DNA of 63,659 bases, filler included, from Trichomonas gallinae (taxonomy: Eukaryota), in NCBI GenBank assembly GCA_008369845.1. It is 5 parts of 5 records of this genome, joined end to end, with 100 filler letters (N's around TTAATTAATTAA, not from the genome) between each part and the next. Parts side by side here need not be neighbours in the genome. Positions count along the whole stretch, not along the records: positions 28,317 to 51,312 come from MRSU01000099.1; 4 more parts are not named here. One strand, 5' to 3'. Positions 31,613-43,285 of this stretch are shown one piece after another (within the stretch, counting starts at the first letter, position 1; every line of letters begins with the position of its first letter). A program made the position numbers and the translations under genes. The notes beneath the pieces are model-generated. The model was not told the DNA's origin. It did not search any database and was given only the letters and a program-made list of their open reading frames with translations.

Positions 31613-34600
31613 TTAGTACCAAGGAATAGATGTGATTGGTTGGTTTTCTTCTGTCTTAGATTTTTCAATTAAATCATTCAGAGCTGTCGACCATTCGATG
31701 CAATCGTTTGCTTCAACGGATATACCTGTTGGCGGTGATATCTGGATGAGCTTTTCTTCGATTTGCAAACGCCTTGTATACATTAATGTTAAAAAACCTT
31801 CGTCTTCATTTCTTTCTTCATCGAAAACAAGCTGTTCTATCAAAGCCCTAGTGAGCTCAAACTGCGACATCATTGCATAAGCACAAGCAGAGAAAGAAAT
31901 AGAGAACACTCCCTCGAAGTGTGGGCCAAGGAAATTAAGGATATTTGGAGATAATCTTACTGGAGTTCCACCTGGCGGCTGGAAGAAAGCAGTTGGAGAG
32001 ATTCCAAATTTTGAGTCAGTAATAAGCAAATCTCCTGGATTCAAATAAGGCAGATTGAATGTGTAAGAGACTAAGCTTAATGCTGAGAAAGATGCCATGC
32101 AATCTCTCTTGACTAAAAGATAATCATGTAAAGTGAACTTATTAGTAAATTCGTTGCGAAGAATATCTTCTTTGATTGGCTTCCTCACTGTCAAGTTTTC
32201 TGCGATGTCGTTTTCGTGGTCTAATAGAAGTGACATCATTGTTGTTGTCTTTCCACTTATAACAGCTGCCTGCGCATGTTCTCCGAAAGCAATTGTTGGA
32301 ATGTGCGGCAAAGTGATGGCGCGTTTATGAGAAGTGTAGCATTGGTTGAACAAATTGTCGCACGTTGTCATAACAGAAGCGACAATCGAATACTTAATTC
32401 CACCAGCTGACCAAATGAGAAGTGATGCGTTTTGTACATCGTCAACAATAACTCCAACTCTAAGCAAGCCACGGCCAAGTGGGTTTACATCTCTATGCAC
32501 TAACGAGAAAATCAAATGCGTGAAAGGATCAGCTGATGAAAGTGGGAATGTGTTGTTGAGCATCGCTATGGAATTGTTGAGCTTAACGTTGTCTGAGATG
32601 TATGTGTTAGGATTTCCAGTGATTGCTTCAACGAATTCGTCGTAGTGCTCTTCGGTTAGTTTGCTGAGCTTCGATAAATCGATGCATTCTCTGTCAGAAA
32701 CTTTTATGTGATTCCAGAGATTATATAGATCTGATCCTGGCGTATTTATCTCTGTTTCGACATCGATACCTGGATGCTCTTTAATGTAGACAAGGAAATA
32801 CATGATTGAATACTGCCTGATAAGCATCATTGTGTCGATTCCTGCTATGCAGTCGATGTTTGTGATTATTGAGTTCATCGAATTCACTTCATTCATTCTC
32901 AAACCTGTCTGTATGAGTCTGTTTGCAACTTCCATCTGCTTAGTAGAGACAGCAGCGCAGTAGGATAATATTGGGTACTTTCTGAATAATTGAGCAAATG
33001 CAGAAACAAACCAGTCGTATTGGGAAAATGAGAAAAGCTGCTGCAAATATGGCTGCCATGGATCAGTAGCTTTCATGTTTTCCAGTCTTCTAACGAAATC
33101 AGCTGGCTCCAATTTGAAGCTTTTGTCTTCAATGATTAGCCTGATCATTGTTATTAATCTCAAAACTGCTTCTGTCTTTATGAAGAATGTTGTCTCTGAT
33201 TCAATGAGCTGCAGGTAGATGCCGAACAAGATAGAGAACAACCCTTGTGAAGGTTGCAAACAGAATATTTGGAAACTCAGTGGCCCGAATCTTGATAATT
33301 CGTTAAGGCTCATCTGCTTCTGTTCCATTTTAGCTGACATGTCTGCTATCAAGACATCGAGTTGGTCACGAGAAACAGCAATTAATCCTCTGTTCGTGTA
33401 TCCGCAGATTGACCTGAACAAAGAATTCATTGTGCTCGAAACAATGATCATTGGCTCTTCTGTGTCAACTATTGTTGGCAGTGTTGGGCTTGGTGTGCTG
33501 CTGATATAATGTTCGAGTTTGAATAAGACTGAGCATAAAACAGGATTAATTGATCTGACGAAGTTTTCATCCATCAACGAGAAACTCTTATAATTATCTA
33601 ATGCGCCGGCAATGATTAATGAAGATGCTTCAAGACTTATTGTTCTTTCAAGCTCAGGTTGTCCGAACAGTTGCTTGACTTTGAATGTGTTTGCGATCAT
33701 TCTTTGAACAAGAGCAACATCCATTCTCGTCTTCTTTTGCTGCTGAGTTGCATAAGACTCGTATATCTTGAAAATGGCATTAGCAATTTTGTCGTTTGGA
33801 GACTGAAGTGATCTCAGCGGTAAGATGATATCATTTAGAGGCATGTCCTGTTCGATGGCTAGTTTGAAATGCTCATTTATGTAAGAAATTGTGTTTCCGT
33901 TTTCGAAGAATTTCTGGCCGAATTGCTCAAATATCATTGCTGCAGCTTTGTATTGGTTCATCAGCGTCATCATTGTAGCAGAAATCTCTTCTTTTGGCAT
34001 GTTAACCATGTGTTTTGCGAGTTCGTAGTCAGCGAGTGGGTCAAAATTAACGACTCTTACATCAAATTTCTCACTGGATTCTATGAATGGATAAACTTCC
34101 AAAGCATTTGTTATGCTCATTGCTTGTATCAAAATGTCTTGATCTAACTTAATCTTGCACTCAGCCAATGCGTATAAAATTGATTTAGTTGCAATTCTCA
34201 TTTGTGGTTTCTTGATTAACATCACCAAGAAGTCAATGACACCTGATATAGATCCTTGCTTGAGTAATATCGCAAAAATGTGTGCGACAACTTCATCTAA
34301 AATACTCTGCGTTGAGTCTGTGAACATCTGAAGATGCCACCACATCTTAGAGACAGGAACCATAGACATGATAGCAACGATGGAAATCTTGTCGTCCATC
34401 CATACAGTATATGGACACATTTCGAGGAAATACTTCACTCTATCTTCAACAGTTTTCGGCAATAATTTATCTGCATAATCGATTGCTCTCAGTCGTACAT
34501 GCGCTGACGTGTTTCTGATAATCAAAACCAAAACTGAGACAATTATATGATTCAGTTGTAAACCATATTTTGTATTTGCGTCGATCAAAACTTCTACTGC

Positions 34601-37600
34601 TCGTAATGTTGATTCTGCATCAGGGAATTTTTCGATGTTAGATAATGACAATGCCTGGCAAATTACTTGTTTAGTTTGCATAGTAAGTTTTGGCTCTCTC
34701 ATCAAAACATTGAGCTTCGACATCATCATAGTAAACGCGTTTGCTCCATTGATAACTCTTTCGCAAACACGATTTGCATACATGTGCTGGCTGCCTGGCA
34801 AAACATCTCTGATTGCGAGAACAAGGAACTCAAACAATCTGAAGAACTTGGCATTTTCTGGTTCTTTTACTGGGAAGAATTCATCTAAAATTTGTGTCAA
34901 TAATTCTGCGTGGTCTAAGTTTGGCGTGAATTTTGTAAATGTCGACAGCAAGAATATAAATCTAGACAACCTTTGTGATGTCAACAATCTCATATATTCG
35001 CCTAAATGTGAGAAGTAAATGTACTGGAATCTGCTGCAATAATCAGGCATTGTCAGCAAATGTTTCTGCAAAATTTCAAACATGTCATCATCAACTTTGT
35101 TTTCGTGGTCAAACAAATAGATGCATGCAGAATCATAGACTTCAATTACTGACTCAAAAGATGACATCTCAAAATTAGGAAGTGCTGAAGCCAATATACT
35201 AAATGATCCACTGTTCATTGTTCTTATTGCGATCTTTTCTATGACTTGTATTGGAACTTTGATGTTATGATTTAATATGCATTTTGCCAAAATATATCCA
35301 ACGTTTTCAATTGGTTTAAGGAATTCTATCATTGCGCAAACAATCATGAAAACTTCATTCATAGCATTATCTCTAACTTCCGTTATAATATGATCATAAC
35401 CAACATCTAAAAGTTCTATAAATCTGCAAATGAAAGAAGGCGATGAGTCATTTTGTAATGATAATGTTGTGCACTGTTTAGTTAATAATATGATAACATT
35501 GAATGGTAACAATGTGATTAATTTTGGTGCTTTGACAAGTATTTTCATCAAGAAAAGCATATCATTTGTCGTTGAGATTCTTCTGACAGCGAAATTCGTG
35601 AAATATGAGGCAAATGTATCTTTGACTTCATCGATATGATTTTCAGCGTATTTCAAGATTGGGAATATGAATTTAGCTGCTGGTGAAATGAATAATTTTG
35701 TGTTTATGTAGAAAACTTCGATGCATTTCTCAAGCAATTCTTTCTCGACACAATTGCATTTGATTAACTGGTTGACAATCTTGAATGCAGGGATATATAA
35801 AATTGGTAATGGGCTGGATATGTGTGTAACAACAATTTTAGACACCAACCATCTTCTGTCATCATCAATTTCGCAGTGTTTCAATATATAAAGCAACACG
35901 TGCAAGAATGTTTCTTCATCTTCGACTTTGTATTCCAGTATTTCATCAAAGATGTTAACGATTTCGTCTGGTGTGAAATGACTGAATTTCAAGCAATATT
36001 TAAAGATATGTCTGTTCCTTTCTTCGATTCCTTGGTTCAGGCAGAAGTGAATTCCAATGTTGCGTGATAATTCAACTGGAGCTTTGATCAAGAATATCTC
36101 GATGAACTTTGTGAAAATGTATGAATGTCGGATAACATTATTCTCGAAGATTTGAACGAATTTAACAATTTGATCAAATTCTTGTTTCTTTGATATCAAT
36201 CTTAACTTCAATTCCGCGATGACAAGAAGCCTGTCGACAACATTATATCCGAACGCTTTGTTTTGTGCTGATTGTGTTTCAATGAATTCGATTTGATTGT
36301 CGATTAAATCAACAAAAATTCTTGGAATGAGTACTAATGGTTGAACAGTTACGCTGTGCAAGAAGATCAAGTATTTGTTCGGAAAATCAAGCTCAACGCT
36401 GATTTTAGTTGCGAAATGCTTCATCCATTGTCCTGTTTTGTCAAAGATGCAAATCTGTGTCAGCAAATTCATGTAAGCCGGTTCTTCCGCCAACGGATTT
36501 TCTTCGAAGAAAGGAATGCAAACGTCTGCGAACAAAACTAAGAATTTCAATATGTGATCCAATATCATCAGCTTGAATGGTATTTCTCCGTGATTTAGCA
36601 AAGTAACAGAAGCTTGGATGAATTTAGTAACCATGTCAACACCATTTTCTTTCTCTAGAAGGATTTGTTTCATGTCAGCTCTTTCAGCGAACTTTCTTAT
36701 GCTTACAAATTTCAATATTCCGTCAACATTCTGCAAATATTGCATCAGTTTGACATCAGGAAGCTTCGACATGTCAGAGTAAACTTGGAGGAATCTTTCG
36801 AAAACTTTGTTAGTGACATTTTGTGACAAGAATCTTGATATTCTCATATAAAGAATCATTCTTTCTGGTTGACCAGTGTAGAACTGAATCGAAGCCTCTT
36901 TCGTGAAAGAATATTCAGCGACTTGTCTTGCGAAAGCTGAGTGAGCCAAGTCTTTTTGCTCCAGCAATCGAAGTGTTTCTTTCGCCATTTGCGTAACCAT
37001 CTTCCATCTCGTTGTCAAAGACTTCAGCAAAAATGAGCAAAGAAGTCTTGATAAAGCAGATTCTTCAATGAAATACGGGCGAATGTCTGGGTGACTTAAC
37101 AAAGCTTGAAGAAAGAATACACGGGCAGCAAGGTATTCTAGTGCTAATGATTGATCTTCTCTGAATGCGTAAATGCTCTGGATTAATCTTTGAACAACAA
37201 ACGAGAAAACAAATTTTCCTGTGATGCCGCAGACCAATGCGCAAGTCATCTGCTGCAAAATAAGCATTAAGTCAGCCTTCGAATCCATCAAATCTAATGA
37301 TGGAATTGAAATCTGAACTCCGAACTTCTTCAAGCCGCTGATTATAGCTATTCTCGATGGACATGAAATTCTTCCAAGATAATCATAAACTTCGTGGACG
37401 AATTTAATCTTCGATTTATAAGGAAACTCTTGAGCGAAGTGCTCCAATGTTTTCTCAATGATGCTTGATCTCTCTGTGTCCAATGATCTGGCATGTTCAT
37501 TAACTTTAATGACAACCAGTGCTTGAGGAACAGTGAATGCTTTTGGAACAATGCATGCAATAATACTTAAACCGATCAATAGCGCAGCATTCATCTCTGG

Positions 37601-40393
37601 TGGTCTGAAATAGATCAGCATCTCATCAATTAAATTAGTGATTTCATTGAGCTCGACATTTTTGGAGATTTCTGTAACAAAGTAACGCGCTGATTTCGTT
37701 ATATCCTTTCCTACGAATGATGAAGAAGCTGGCACGGCTTGGAACATGCAGAAGAGGAAATCCGCGCAGCGTCTTTCTAAGTATATTTTCAAGAACCTGT
37801 TGACTAAAGCTTGTATTGTCGTGTGTATCTCTTGGTAAAGTTTCTGATAAACTTCGAGACAGAATAAATGGAAGATCAAAGAATATAATGATTTGTTATC
37901 GACTTTCTCGCCTTTTTCTAATAACTGTATAACATAGTCGAACAAGAACATGATCAAGTTATAGATGTCATAGGCAGTTTCTTCTGAATGATCGCGATGC
38001 ATGAAAATGTCTGTGATCAGCAGCGGAATGTTGAAATGAATTCCATCGATCGACCAGTAGTTATTGATGATCATTGGCTCTGGCTGGAGAATGCAGGAAG
38101 CAAGAGAAGGAATTGTTCGACTTAAGTTCAATCTCGTTTCATCGGAAAGCATATATGAGTGCTGTATTAATCGTCTAAACAAGGTGCTTATCTCTGGTTT
38201 CATTCCTTGTTTGCCTAATTCTGGATCCGAAATTGCGATTTTGATTATAAGTTTTGCAGCTTCTTCTACTTGGTCTGGTTTCTCTGATCTCAATGCTGAA
38301 TCTATTAATGGGTACAACTGGTTGAATCCTGCGGGAGATTTGTCTTTGGATATCAAGTTGTACGCGTGGAAAATTAGTTCACATTGAGCATCAGGCAGAA
38401 CATCAACAAGATAAGAAGACTTGAAGCCGAACGATTGCTGGTCATCATCAACAGTAAGCAGTAAGTTCTGCATGTGCTTAATGCACTTTATGATGCATTG
38501 GTGATTGGCGGCCTTTTTCAAGTTGATGTACAAACTTGTTATCAAAAATTTTTTGTAAGTGAGCAATGCGATCATTGTAACTGGCGAGTGGTGCCTCATG
38601 TATGTCAATATTCTAATCAAGAACAAGAAAAAGAGTCCCCACTTCATGGTGTCGCTCTCATATCTCGACAATATCAAGTGGCGCTTCTTGCAGACGATGT
38701 TGAAGAGAGATTTGAGTGTATATGAGAAAATCGTGCTGAATAAAGGCCTGGAAGTATTCTCATTCGTGTTGAGGGCCTTGATAAATCTAACTGTGTCATA
38801 TGTTAATCTGGCTCCTATCGTGTGATCAAAGAAAACATTTCCGATATCATTTGTAATTGATGATAAAATAAGCTGTGGGAGCTGATTTAGCTGTTTTGTT
38901 ATTATCTCTACCATAGAAAACAATTCAACCATCTGGTCTACGTAGAAATTTGTTCCATTATAATAACATAAGTGCATTCTTGAGTGTAAAATGGAAAGAA
39001 TACACGAGACCCAGACGCTGTAGAATGAGGTGAAGTGGGATACAACTAAACCTTCGTTCTCAGTGTGAAGATTTATTGCTTCACATATTGGACCCAAAAT
39101 TTTACTGATGATTTCTGCCATATTCATGAATTTATGATATAAATGATTGAATTTTGATATATGTTCGCGGTTATATTCTTCTAATTTAGTTTTATCGTTG
39201 AATTCTTTGATGTAAAGATTTGTAAATATTTCATAGTCGAGTTGAATCACTTTATCTGGATTATGTTGCTTAGAGAGATAATGTTTGACCTGAACTCTGT
39301 CGTGAATCTCGTTAAATTTAAAAGCACATCCTTGAATCTTAGAAAGTCTCGTATTTGTCACTGCAATGTAATCCTTTGCAAGAGAAAGTAAGTATGTTAT
39401 CGAAATTATGTCATTTGTTTCGATTAATAATTTGACATATGAATGTATTGTTATAAGAGCTTCAGGATTTGATTCATTCGATTTATATAGGACGCTCAAT
39501 AAATATGCGATAGGAATTAACCTGTTTGCTTGATCAGAAACAATTGTTATCAATTTCGTACTTAAATTATCCTGATAATTCATGCATGAGTATGGATATC
39601 TCCAGAACATCATGTCGCAGAACGCTTCGGCAAAAGTGTTTATTATTACATTTACTGCAGATCTTTCATGTTTTTCGGTAAAATTTTCGTAAAAATAAAC
39701 TAGGGGTTCCATAAAATATTGTATCATGCTATTTGGAGATTCTTCTATCGTTGCTAAGTATGTGAATGTTTTCAATACAATAGATTTAAGATTTGGGAAA
39801 TCATTTGCTTTGCAATGCTCCATCACGCATAGAATTGTATCTGAAATGAATTCCAAGAATGATATTGTGGTTTGCGATCCTTGAATATTATCGAATGATT
39901 TAAAAAGAGTGTAAAGCAAATCTCGTATGGATTTATTGACGAGTAATGATTTCAGTATCTTAACGAAGCTGATTAAAGAGTAATAATTCGTTTTTGAGTC
40001 AAAAGAAATAACTTGGTTTGGAATTGGATTCTGAATTAAGTCATTTAAGTACGATTCAAATGGTGCTATAGCTGAATTAACGTTGTCTTGTAAGTTAAAA
40101 CAACTTATTATTGAACTAATTAAATTAATCGGTGTTGTTTCATTAATAAGGGAACTTATCGAATCAAAATCCGGATTTAATGCAATAATTAGTGTTATAT
40201 AAGCTAATAATTTGTCAATTGCTTCCTTATCTTTTGTTTCGGAAGTATTCAATTTTATAATATCGAGTAAGTTCTTGCAGAAAGACCCTTTTTCAACTTT
40301 ATTATCAATAGTCATACGTTCATGTATCTCCCTAACATGAGTATTGATATCGAATAAAGATTTATTAAGCTGGAAAAGAGTTTTCGCATCCAT
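31613..40393 (-). CDS. TRRAP/Tra1-like PIKK-family pseudokinase
   Basis: About 2926-aa HEAT-like protein. C-terminal SFSALSLVSYTFNLPYLNPGDLLIT...TPVRLSPNILNFLG...FSACAYAM and FATC-like end ENQPITSIPWY; no DRH/DFG motifs. ATG 40393 preceded by CCTTT. Confidence 0.75.
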   Translation of the reverse strand: MDAKTLFQLNKSLFDINTHVREIHERMTIDNKVEKGSFCKNLLDIIKLNTSETKDKEAIDKLLAYITLIIALNPDFDSISSLINETTPINLISSIISCFNLQDNVNSAIAPFESYLNDLIQNPIPNQVISFDSKTNYYSLISFVKILKSLLVNKSIRDLLYTLFKSFDNIQGSQTTISFLEFISDTILCVMEHCKANDFPNLKSIVLKTFTYLATIEESPNSMIQYFMEPLVYFYENFTEKHERSAVNVIINTFAEAFCDMMFWRYPYSCMNYQDNLSTKLITIVSDQANRLIPIAYLLSVLYKSNESNPEALITIHSYVKLLIETNDIISITYLLSLAKDYIAVTNTRLSKIQGCAFKFNEIHDRVQVKHYLSKQHNPDKVIQLDYEIFTNLYIKEFNDKTKLEEYNREHISKFNHLYHKFMNMAEIISKILGPICEAINLHTENEGLVVSHFTSFYSVWVSCILSILHSRMHLCYYNGTNFYVDQMVELFSMVEIITKQLNQLPQLILSSITNDIGNVFFDHTIGARLTYDTVRFIKALNTNENTSRPLFSTIFSYTLKSLFNIVCKKRHLILSRYESDTMKWGLFFLFLIRILTYMRHHSPVTMIALLTYKKFLITSLYINLKKAANHQCIIKCIKHMQNLLLTVDDDQQSFGFKSSYLVDVLPDAQCELIFHAYNLISKDKSPAGFNQLYPLIDSALRSEKPDQVEEAAKLIIKIAISDPELGKQGMKPEISTLFRRLIQHSYMLSDETRLNLSRTIPSLASCILQPEPMIINNYWSIDGIHFNIPLLITDIFMHRDHSEETAYDIYNLIMFLFDYVIQLLEKGEKVDNKSLYSLIFHLFCLEVYQKLYQEIHTTIQALVNRFLKIYLERRCADFLFCMFQAVPASSSFVGKDITKSARYFVTEISKNVELNEITNLIDEMLIYFRPPEMNAALLIGLSIIACIVPKAFTVPQALVVIKVNEHARSLDTERSSIIEKTLEHFAQEFPYKSKIKFVHEVYDYLGRISCPSRIAIISGLKKFGVQISIPSLDLMDSKADLMLILQQMTCALVCGITGKFVFSFVVQRLIQSIYAFREDQSLALEYLAARVFFLQALLSHPDIRPYFIEESALSRLLCSFLLKSLTTRWKMVTQMAKETLRLLEQKDLAHSAFARQVAEYSFTKEASIQFYTGQPERMILYMRISRFLSQNVTNKVFERFLQVYSDMSKLPDVKLMQYLQNVDGILKFVSIRKFAERADMKQILLEKENGVDMVTKFIQASVTLLNHGEIPFKLMILDHILKFLVLFADVCIPFFEENPLAEEPAYMNLLTQICIFDKTGQWMKHFATKISVELDFPNKYLIFLHSVTVQPLVLIPRIFVDLIDNQIEFIETQSAQNKAFGYNVVDRLLVIAELKLRLISKKQEFDQIVKFVQIFENNVIRHSYIFTKFIEIFLIKAPVELSRNIGIHFCLNQGIEERNRHIFKYCLKFSHFTPDEIVNIFDEILEYKVEDEETFLHVLLYILKHCEIDDDRRWLVSKIVVTHISSPLPILYIPAFKIVNQLIKCNCVEKELLEKCIEVFYINTKLFISPAAKFIFPILKYAENHIDEVKDTFASYFTNFAVRRISTTNDMLFLMKILVKAPKLITLLPFNVIILLTKQCTTLSLQNDSSPSFICRFIELLDVGYDHIITEVRDNAMNEVFMIVCAMIEFLKPIENVGYILAKCILNHNIKVPIQVIEKIAIRTMNSGSFSILASALPNFEMSSFESVIEVYDSACIYLFDHENKVDDDMFEILQKHLLTMPDYCSRFQYIYFSHLGEYMRLLTSQRLSRFIFLLSTFTKFTPNLDHAELLTQILDEFFPVKEPENAKFFRLFEFLVLAIRDVLPGSQHMYANRVCERVINGANAFTMMMSKLNVLMREPKLTMQTKQVICQALSLSNIEKFPDAESTLRAVEVLIDANTKYGLQLNHIIVSVLVLIIRNTSAHVRLRAIDYADKLLPKTVEDRVKYFLEMCPYTVWMDDKISIVAIMSMVPVSKMWWHLQMFTDSTQSILDEVVAHIFAILLKQGSISGVIDFLVMLIKKPQMRIATKSILYALAECKIKLDQDILIQAMSITNALEVYPFIESSEKFDVRVVNFDPLADYELAKHMVNMPKEEISATMMTLMNQYKAAAMIFEQFGQKFFENGNTISYINEHFKLAIEQDMPLNDIILPLRSLQSPNDKIANAIFKIYESYATQQQKKTRMDVALVQRMIANTFKVKQLFGQPELERTISLEASSLIIAGALDNYKSFSLMDENFVRSINPVLCSVLFKLEHYISSTPSPTLPTIVDTEEPMIIVSSTMNSLFRSICGYTNRGLIAVSRDQLDVLIADMSAKMEQKQMSLNELSRFGPLSFQIFCLQPSQGLFSILFGIYLQLIESETTFFIKTEAVLRLITMIRLIIEDKSFKLEPADFVRRLENMKATDPWQPYLQQLFSFSQYDWFVSAFAQLFRKYPILSYCAAVSTKQMEVANRLIQTGLRMNEVNSMNSIITNIDCIAGIDTMMLIRQYSIMYFLVYIKEHPGIDVETEINTPGSDLYNLWNHIKVSDRECIDLSKLSKLTEEHYDEFVEAITGNPNTYISDNVKLNNSIAMLNNTFPLSSADPFTHLIFSLVHRDVNPLGRGLLRVGVIVDDVQNASLLIWSAGGIKYSIVASVMTTCDNLFNQCYTSHKRAITLPHIPTIAFGEHAQAAVISGKTTTMMSLLLDHENDIAENLTVRKPIKEDILRNEFTNKFTLHDYLLVKRDCMASFSALSLVSYTFNLPYLNPGDLLITDSKFGISPTAFFQPPGGTPVRLSPNILNFLGPHFEGVFSISFSACAYAMMSQFELTRALIEQLVFDEERNEDEGFLTLMYTRRLQIEEKLIQISPPTGISVEANDCIEWSTALNDLIEKSKTEENQPITSIPWY

Positions 40394-40402
40394 TTTAAAA
40401 AG

Positions 40403-40407
40403 AAAGG
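40403..40407 (-). promoter_or_regulatory. M5-type core promoter element (CCTTT) of the TRRAP-like gene
   Basis: Minus strand CCCCTTTCTTTTTAAAATG. A second CCTTT lies at 41038-41042, before the divergent Myb ATG. Confidence 0.5.
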
Positions 40408-41052
40408 GGTATGCACAGATAATTAGGGGTGAATCTACATCTGATGAAATTAATCCTGAAACACATGTTAATATGATGTACTCTATATAATGGCAATAAA
40501 ATACAATGTTAAAATGCAAATATCATGATATTTGGAAGTATCTTATTGCACGATAGTATCAGAAAAAGAATGCCATAGTGTTGAGCAGTTCTATTATAAT
40601 CTATTTGATATAGAATATAAAAGATTTTGAAGTTTTTCCTTGTGGGTTTTTCCTTATGTAAATATCAGAAACATGTGGACTTTACTTTTTGCGCAAAAAG
40701 TCGTATGCAATGCAAAAAGCAGCGTTATCTCTATGTAATATATGATGTGAATCCTTCATAATCATGTGTTCCACAAAAATATGGAAAGCAGATTCATTTT
40801 TGTTGTAATTGAAAGAATTAATCACCTCCTTGACAATTATTGTTTATTATCCTTCTAGATGAAATAGTTTGACATTTGACAGTTACAACTTTACGTGTCA
40901 AATTAACTAATAAAATTTTTAAGATTACATAATGATGTATAGCCCCAAGTGAGTAGATTTTGAACAAAATGGTTTTGCATTCAAAAAATACATATATTCA
41001 AATTTGAATGGTGCTATTTTTTGAATACAACACTTAACCTTTTTATTTTTCG

Positions 41053-41571
41053 ATGGAATCAATGATGAAGAAACCACTCCTTCCACCGAAAACGATGTGG
41101 AGCAAGGAAGAAGACAACTTATTGACAGCAATTGTCAAACAAATGGGACCACGCAAATGGAACTCAATTGCAGAACATATCCCAGGCAGGACAGGAAAGC
41201 AATGCCGTGAGAGATGGATGAGCCATATCTCACCTGAACTTATCAGCTCCACATGGGATACAAGGGACGACGATCAACTTATTCAGCTGCACAACCTATT
41301 TGGAAATAAGTGGGCAAAGATATCTCAATACTTCCCAGGAAGACCACCGAACGCTGTTAAGAACCGCTGGAACTGCATTTTAAGAAGACAGGCAAGAAAC
41401 TCCCGTGGAAGCCCCTGCCCATCTGCTTCAGCCGAAGCACCACAAGAGACACTTAATGAGCCTATCCGTATTCCAACTGATACTTTCTTTGATATTGATT
41501 CAACAAATTTATTTGAAATAGATGAATCAGATCTATTTTCTGAAAACCAATTGTTTGCTAATGTACTTTAA
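41053..41571 (+). CDS. R2R3-type Myb transcription factor
   Basis: WSKEEDNLL...GPRKWNSIAEHIPGRTGKQCRERW...WDTRDDDQLIQLHNLFGNKWAKISQYFPGRPPNAVKNRW; acidic C-terminus. Confidence 0.95.
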   Translation: MESMMKKPLLPPKTMWSKEEDNLLTAIVKQMGPRKWNSIAEHIPGRTGKQCRERWMSHISPELISSTWDTRDDDQLIQLHNLFGNKWAKISQYFPGRPPNAVKNRWNCILRRQARNSRGSPCPSASAEAPQETLNEPIRIPTDTFFDIDSTNLFEIDESDLFSENQLFANVL

Positions 41572-41821
41572 TATTAAATGTTTGTATTTTTTTTATATTT
41601 TTAATTTTTTATCAAAATTAAGTATATATGAATATCTTAATAACAATTAAATTCCTTAAGGTATCTATATACTTAAATATTCTACGATAAAAAGAGAATT
41701 TAAAATTATTTTATAAAATGTTGAATTCATTTGTTAATTAATGGTGGTATAAAAGGGATATATATAGAAAATCAAATAATATAATATTCTTTAAAAAATA
41801 AACATCATACATAAAATAAAA

Positions 41822-43285
41822 TCAATTTTCGGGGCCGCTGATAGCTTTGAGGAACTTTCTAGCCGTAGAATACATCTTGCTTTCACTGCCGATGCTCTTG
41901 AAATATTGATCAAGTTTTAATTCTTTCATTCTCCCTTTGCACTTAGGATATTTGCATAATCTAATAGCAACTAAAGCAGCAGCGTCGGCAAACTCGCCAT
42001 TTGTTGTAATAATATTGGTAATTTTTTCGCACATAACAAGATAATCTTTCACGAAGGTCAATCTGCAAATTGTATCAGTTAAAAGTAGCTTAGAGTGTTG
42101 TGTGAGTCCATCATCGTTTTCATCTGGTGCAGAATAAAACATATTCAAGAATCCAGAATTAGACATCTCGAAAATCAGGTCTTTGGATAAAGGAACTCTT
42201 CGAATAATTGTGCACGCGATTGGTACAACACCTGGTTTGTCTAATGATATGACTTTCTTGAGGAATTCAACGAAATATTGATTTTGCGCAATCGCTTCAC
42301 GGATGTTTTTGTGCCTTAGAAGGACTAAATATATCCTGAGAGTGTCTATCATCGTTGGTAGTGACTTCTGTGTAAAGTTTGGCGTGTTAAATATAGCAGT
42401 TGCCGCTGAATTTGAATTATATGCTAATTTCATCAGAACCAAAGAAGCACGAACGTTTTTCTCAGCAATTTGCATCAACGATGAGATTAATTTCTTGTTT
42501 CCAGCATCTTTGTCTGATAATGTCGCGAAATTAAGCAAAGAAAGAGCTGGATCTTGTAAATCTGGAATTAGTAAATGGGAAGCTATCAATTCGATCTGAA
42601 AAGTGCCACCAGTGAAGCCATCAGCAATAGCACATAAGCCTCCGTAGCACGCAATTGCTGTATTTTTGTCTTCTGCGTTTAGCATCGACATCACTTGATT
42701 CCAACAATGCTGGGCGCGGCCATTTCTGTATTCTATGAACCTTTTGTTGAGGAATGAGAGAAGAGAAATGTAATCAGAAGCGATTCCTGGCTGATTAAAT
42801 TGTTGACCTTCTTGAATAAGCAAATCAACCATTGGCCATGGATTGTCTATCTCACTGAACTGCTGACAGTACAGCGCAATGAGTGTTAATGACTTTTTTG
42901 CATCAAATTTAATCAATGTTTGCATAATCTGAGAAAATGTTTCATCAACGATTGTAGGATCAGCTGAAATGATGACATAAAAGATATTTAAAACCAGTGG
43001 AAGGAATGTTTGCGTTTTTAATGGCAATAATGCTGCGCATTGTCCTTCTATGAAAGGAGGAATCAATTCTTTAACTTGTAAGCATTTAAAAACAGACGTA
43101 AGTATGGATTCACCGAGTTCTGTAGGAATATCTGCTTTCTGGAAATGTTGTAAAACAGTTTTATAAAATAAATTTGCTTGTTTCGGTTTTAACATGGTAG
43201 GTGCGCGATCAAGGCCTTCTTGGAAATGTTTGTTCGATGTTTTCTTGAAAACTTTAATATTTAATGATTCTTCAACTTCACTCAT
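41822..43285 (-). CDS. ARM-repeat-like hypothetical protein
   Basis: 487-aa helical-repeat ORF; GTCACTTTT Inr directly upstream of the ATG. Confidence 0.8.
   Translation of the reverse strand: MSEVEESLNIKVFKKTSNKHFQEGLDRAPTMLKPKQANLFYKTVLQHFQKADIPTELGESILTSVFKCLQVKELIPPFIEGQCAALLPLKTQTFLPLVLNIFYVIISADPTIVDETFSQIMQTLIKFDAKKSLTLIALYCQQFSEIDNPWPMVDLLIQEGQQFNQPGIASDYISLLSFLNKRFIEYRNGRAQHCWNQVMSMLNAEDKNTAIACYGGLCAIADGFTGGTFQIELIASHLLIPDLQDPALSLLNFATLSDKDAGNKKLISSLMQIAEKNVRASLVLMKLAYNSNSAATAIFNTPNFTQKSLPTMIDTLRIYLVLLRHKNIREAIAQNQYFVEFLKKVISLDKPGVVPIACTIIRRVPLSKDLIFEMSNSGFLNMFYSAPDENDDGLTQHSKLLLTDTICRLTFVKDYLVMCEKITNIITTNGEFADAAALVAIRLCKYPKCKGRMKELKLDQYFKSIGSESKMYSTARKFLKAISGPEN

Noticed and set aside
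40393..40519. N-terminal extensions from TTG/GTG starts in the ORF track (also at 522, 4955, 10602, 24558, 26304, 28982, 51706)
   Set aside because: Eukaryotic genes; Inr/M5 elements and family similarity point to the downstream ATGs.
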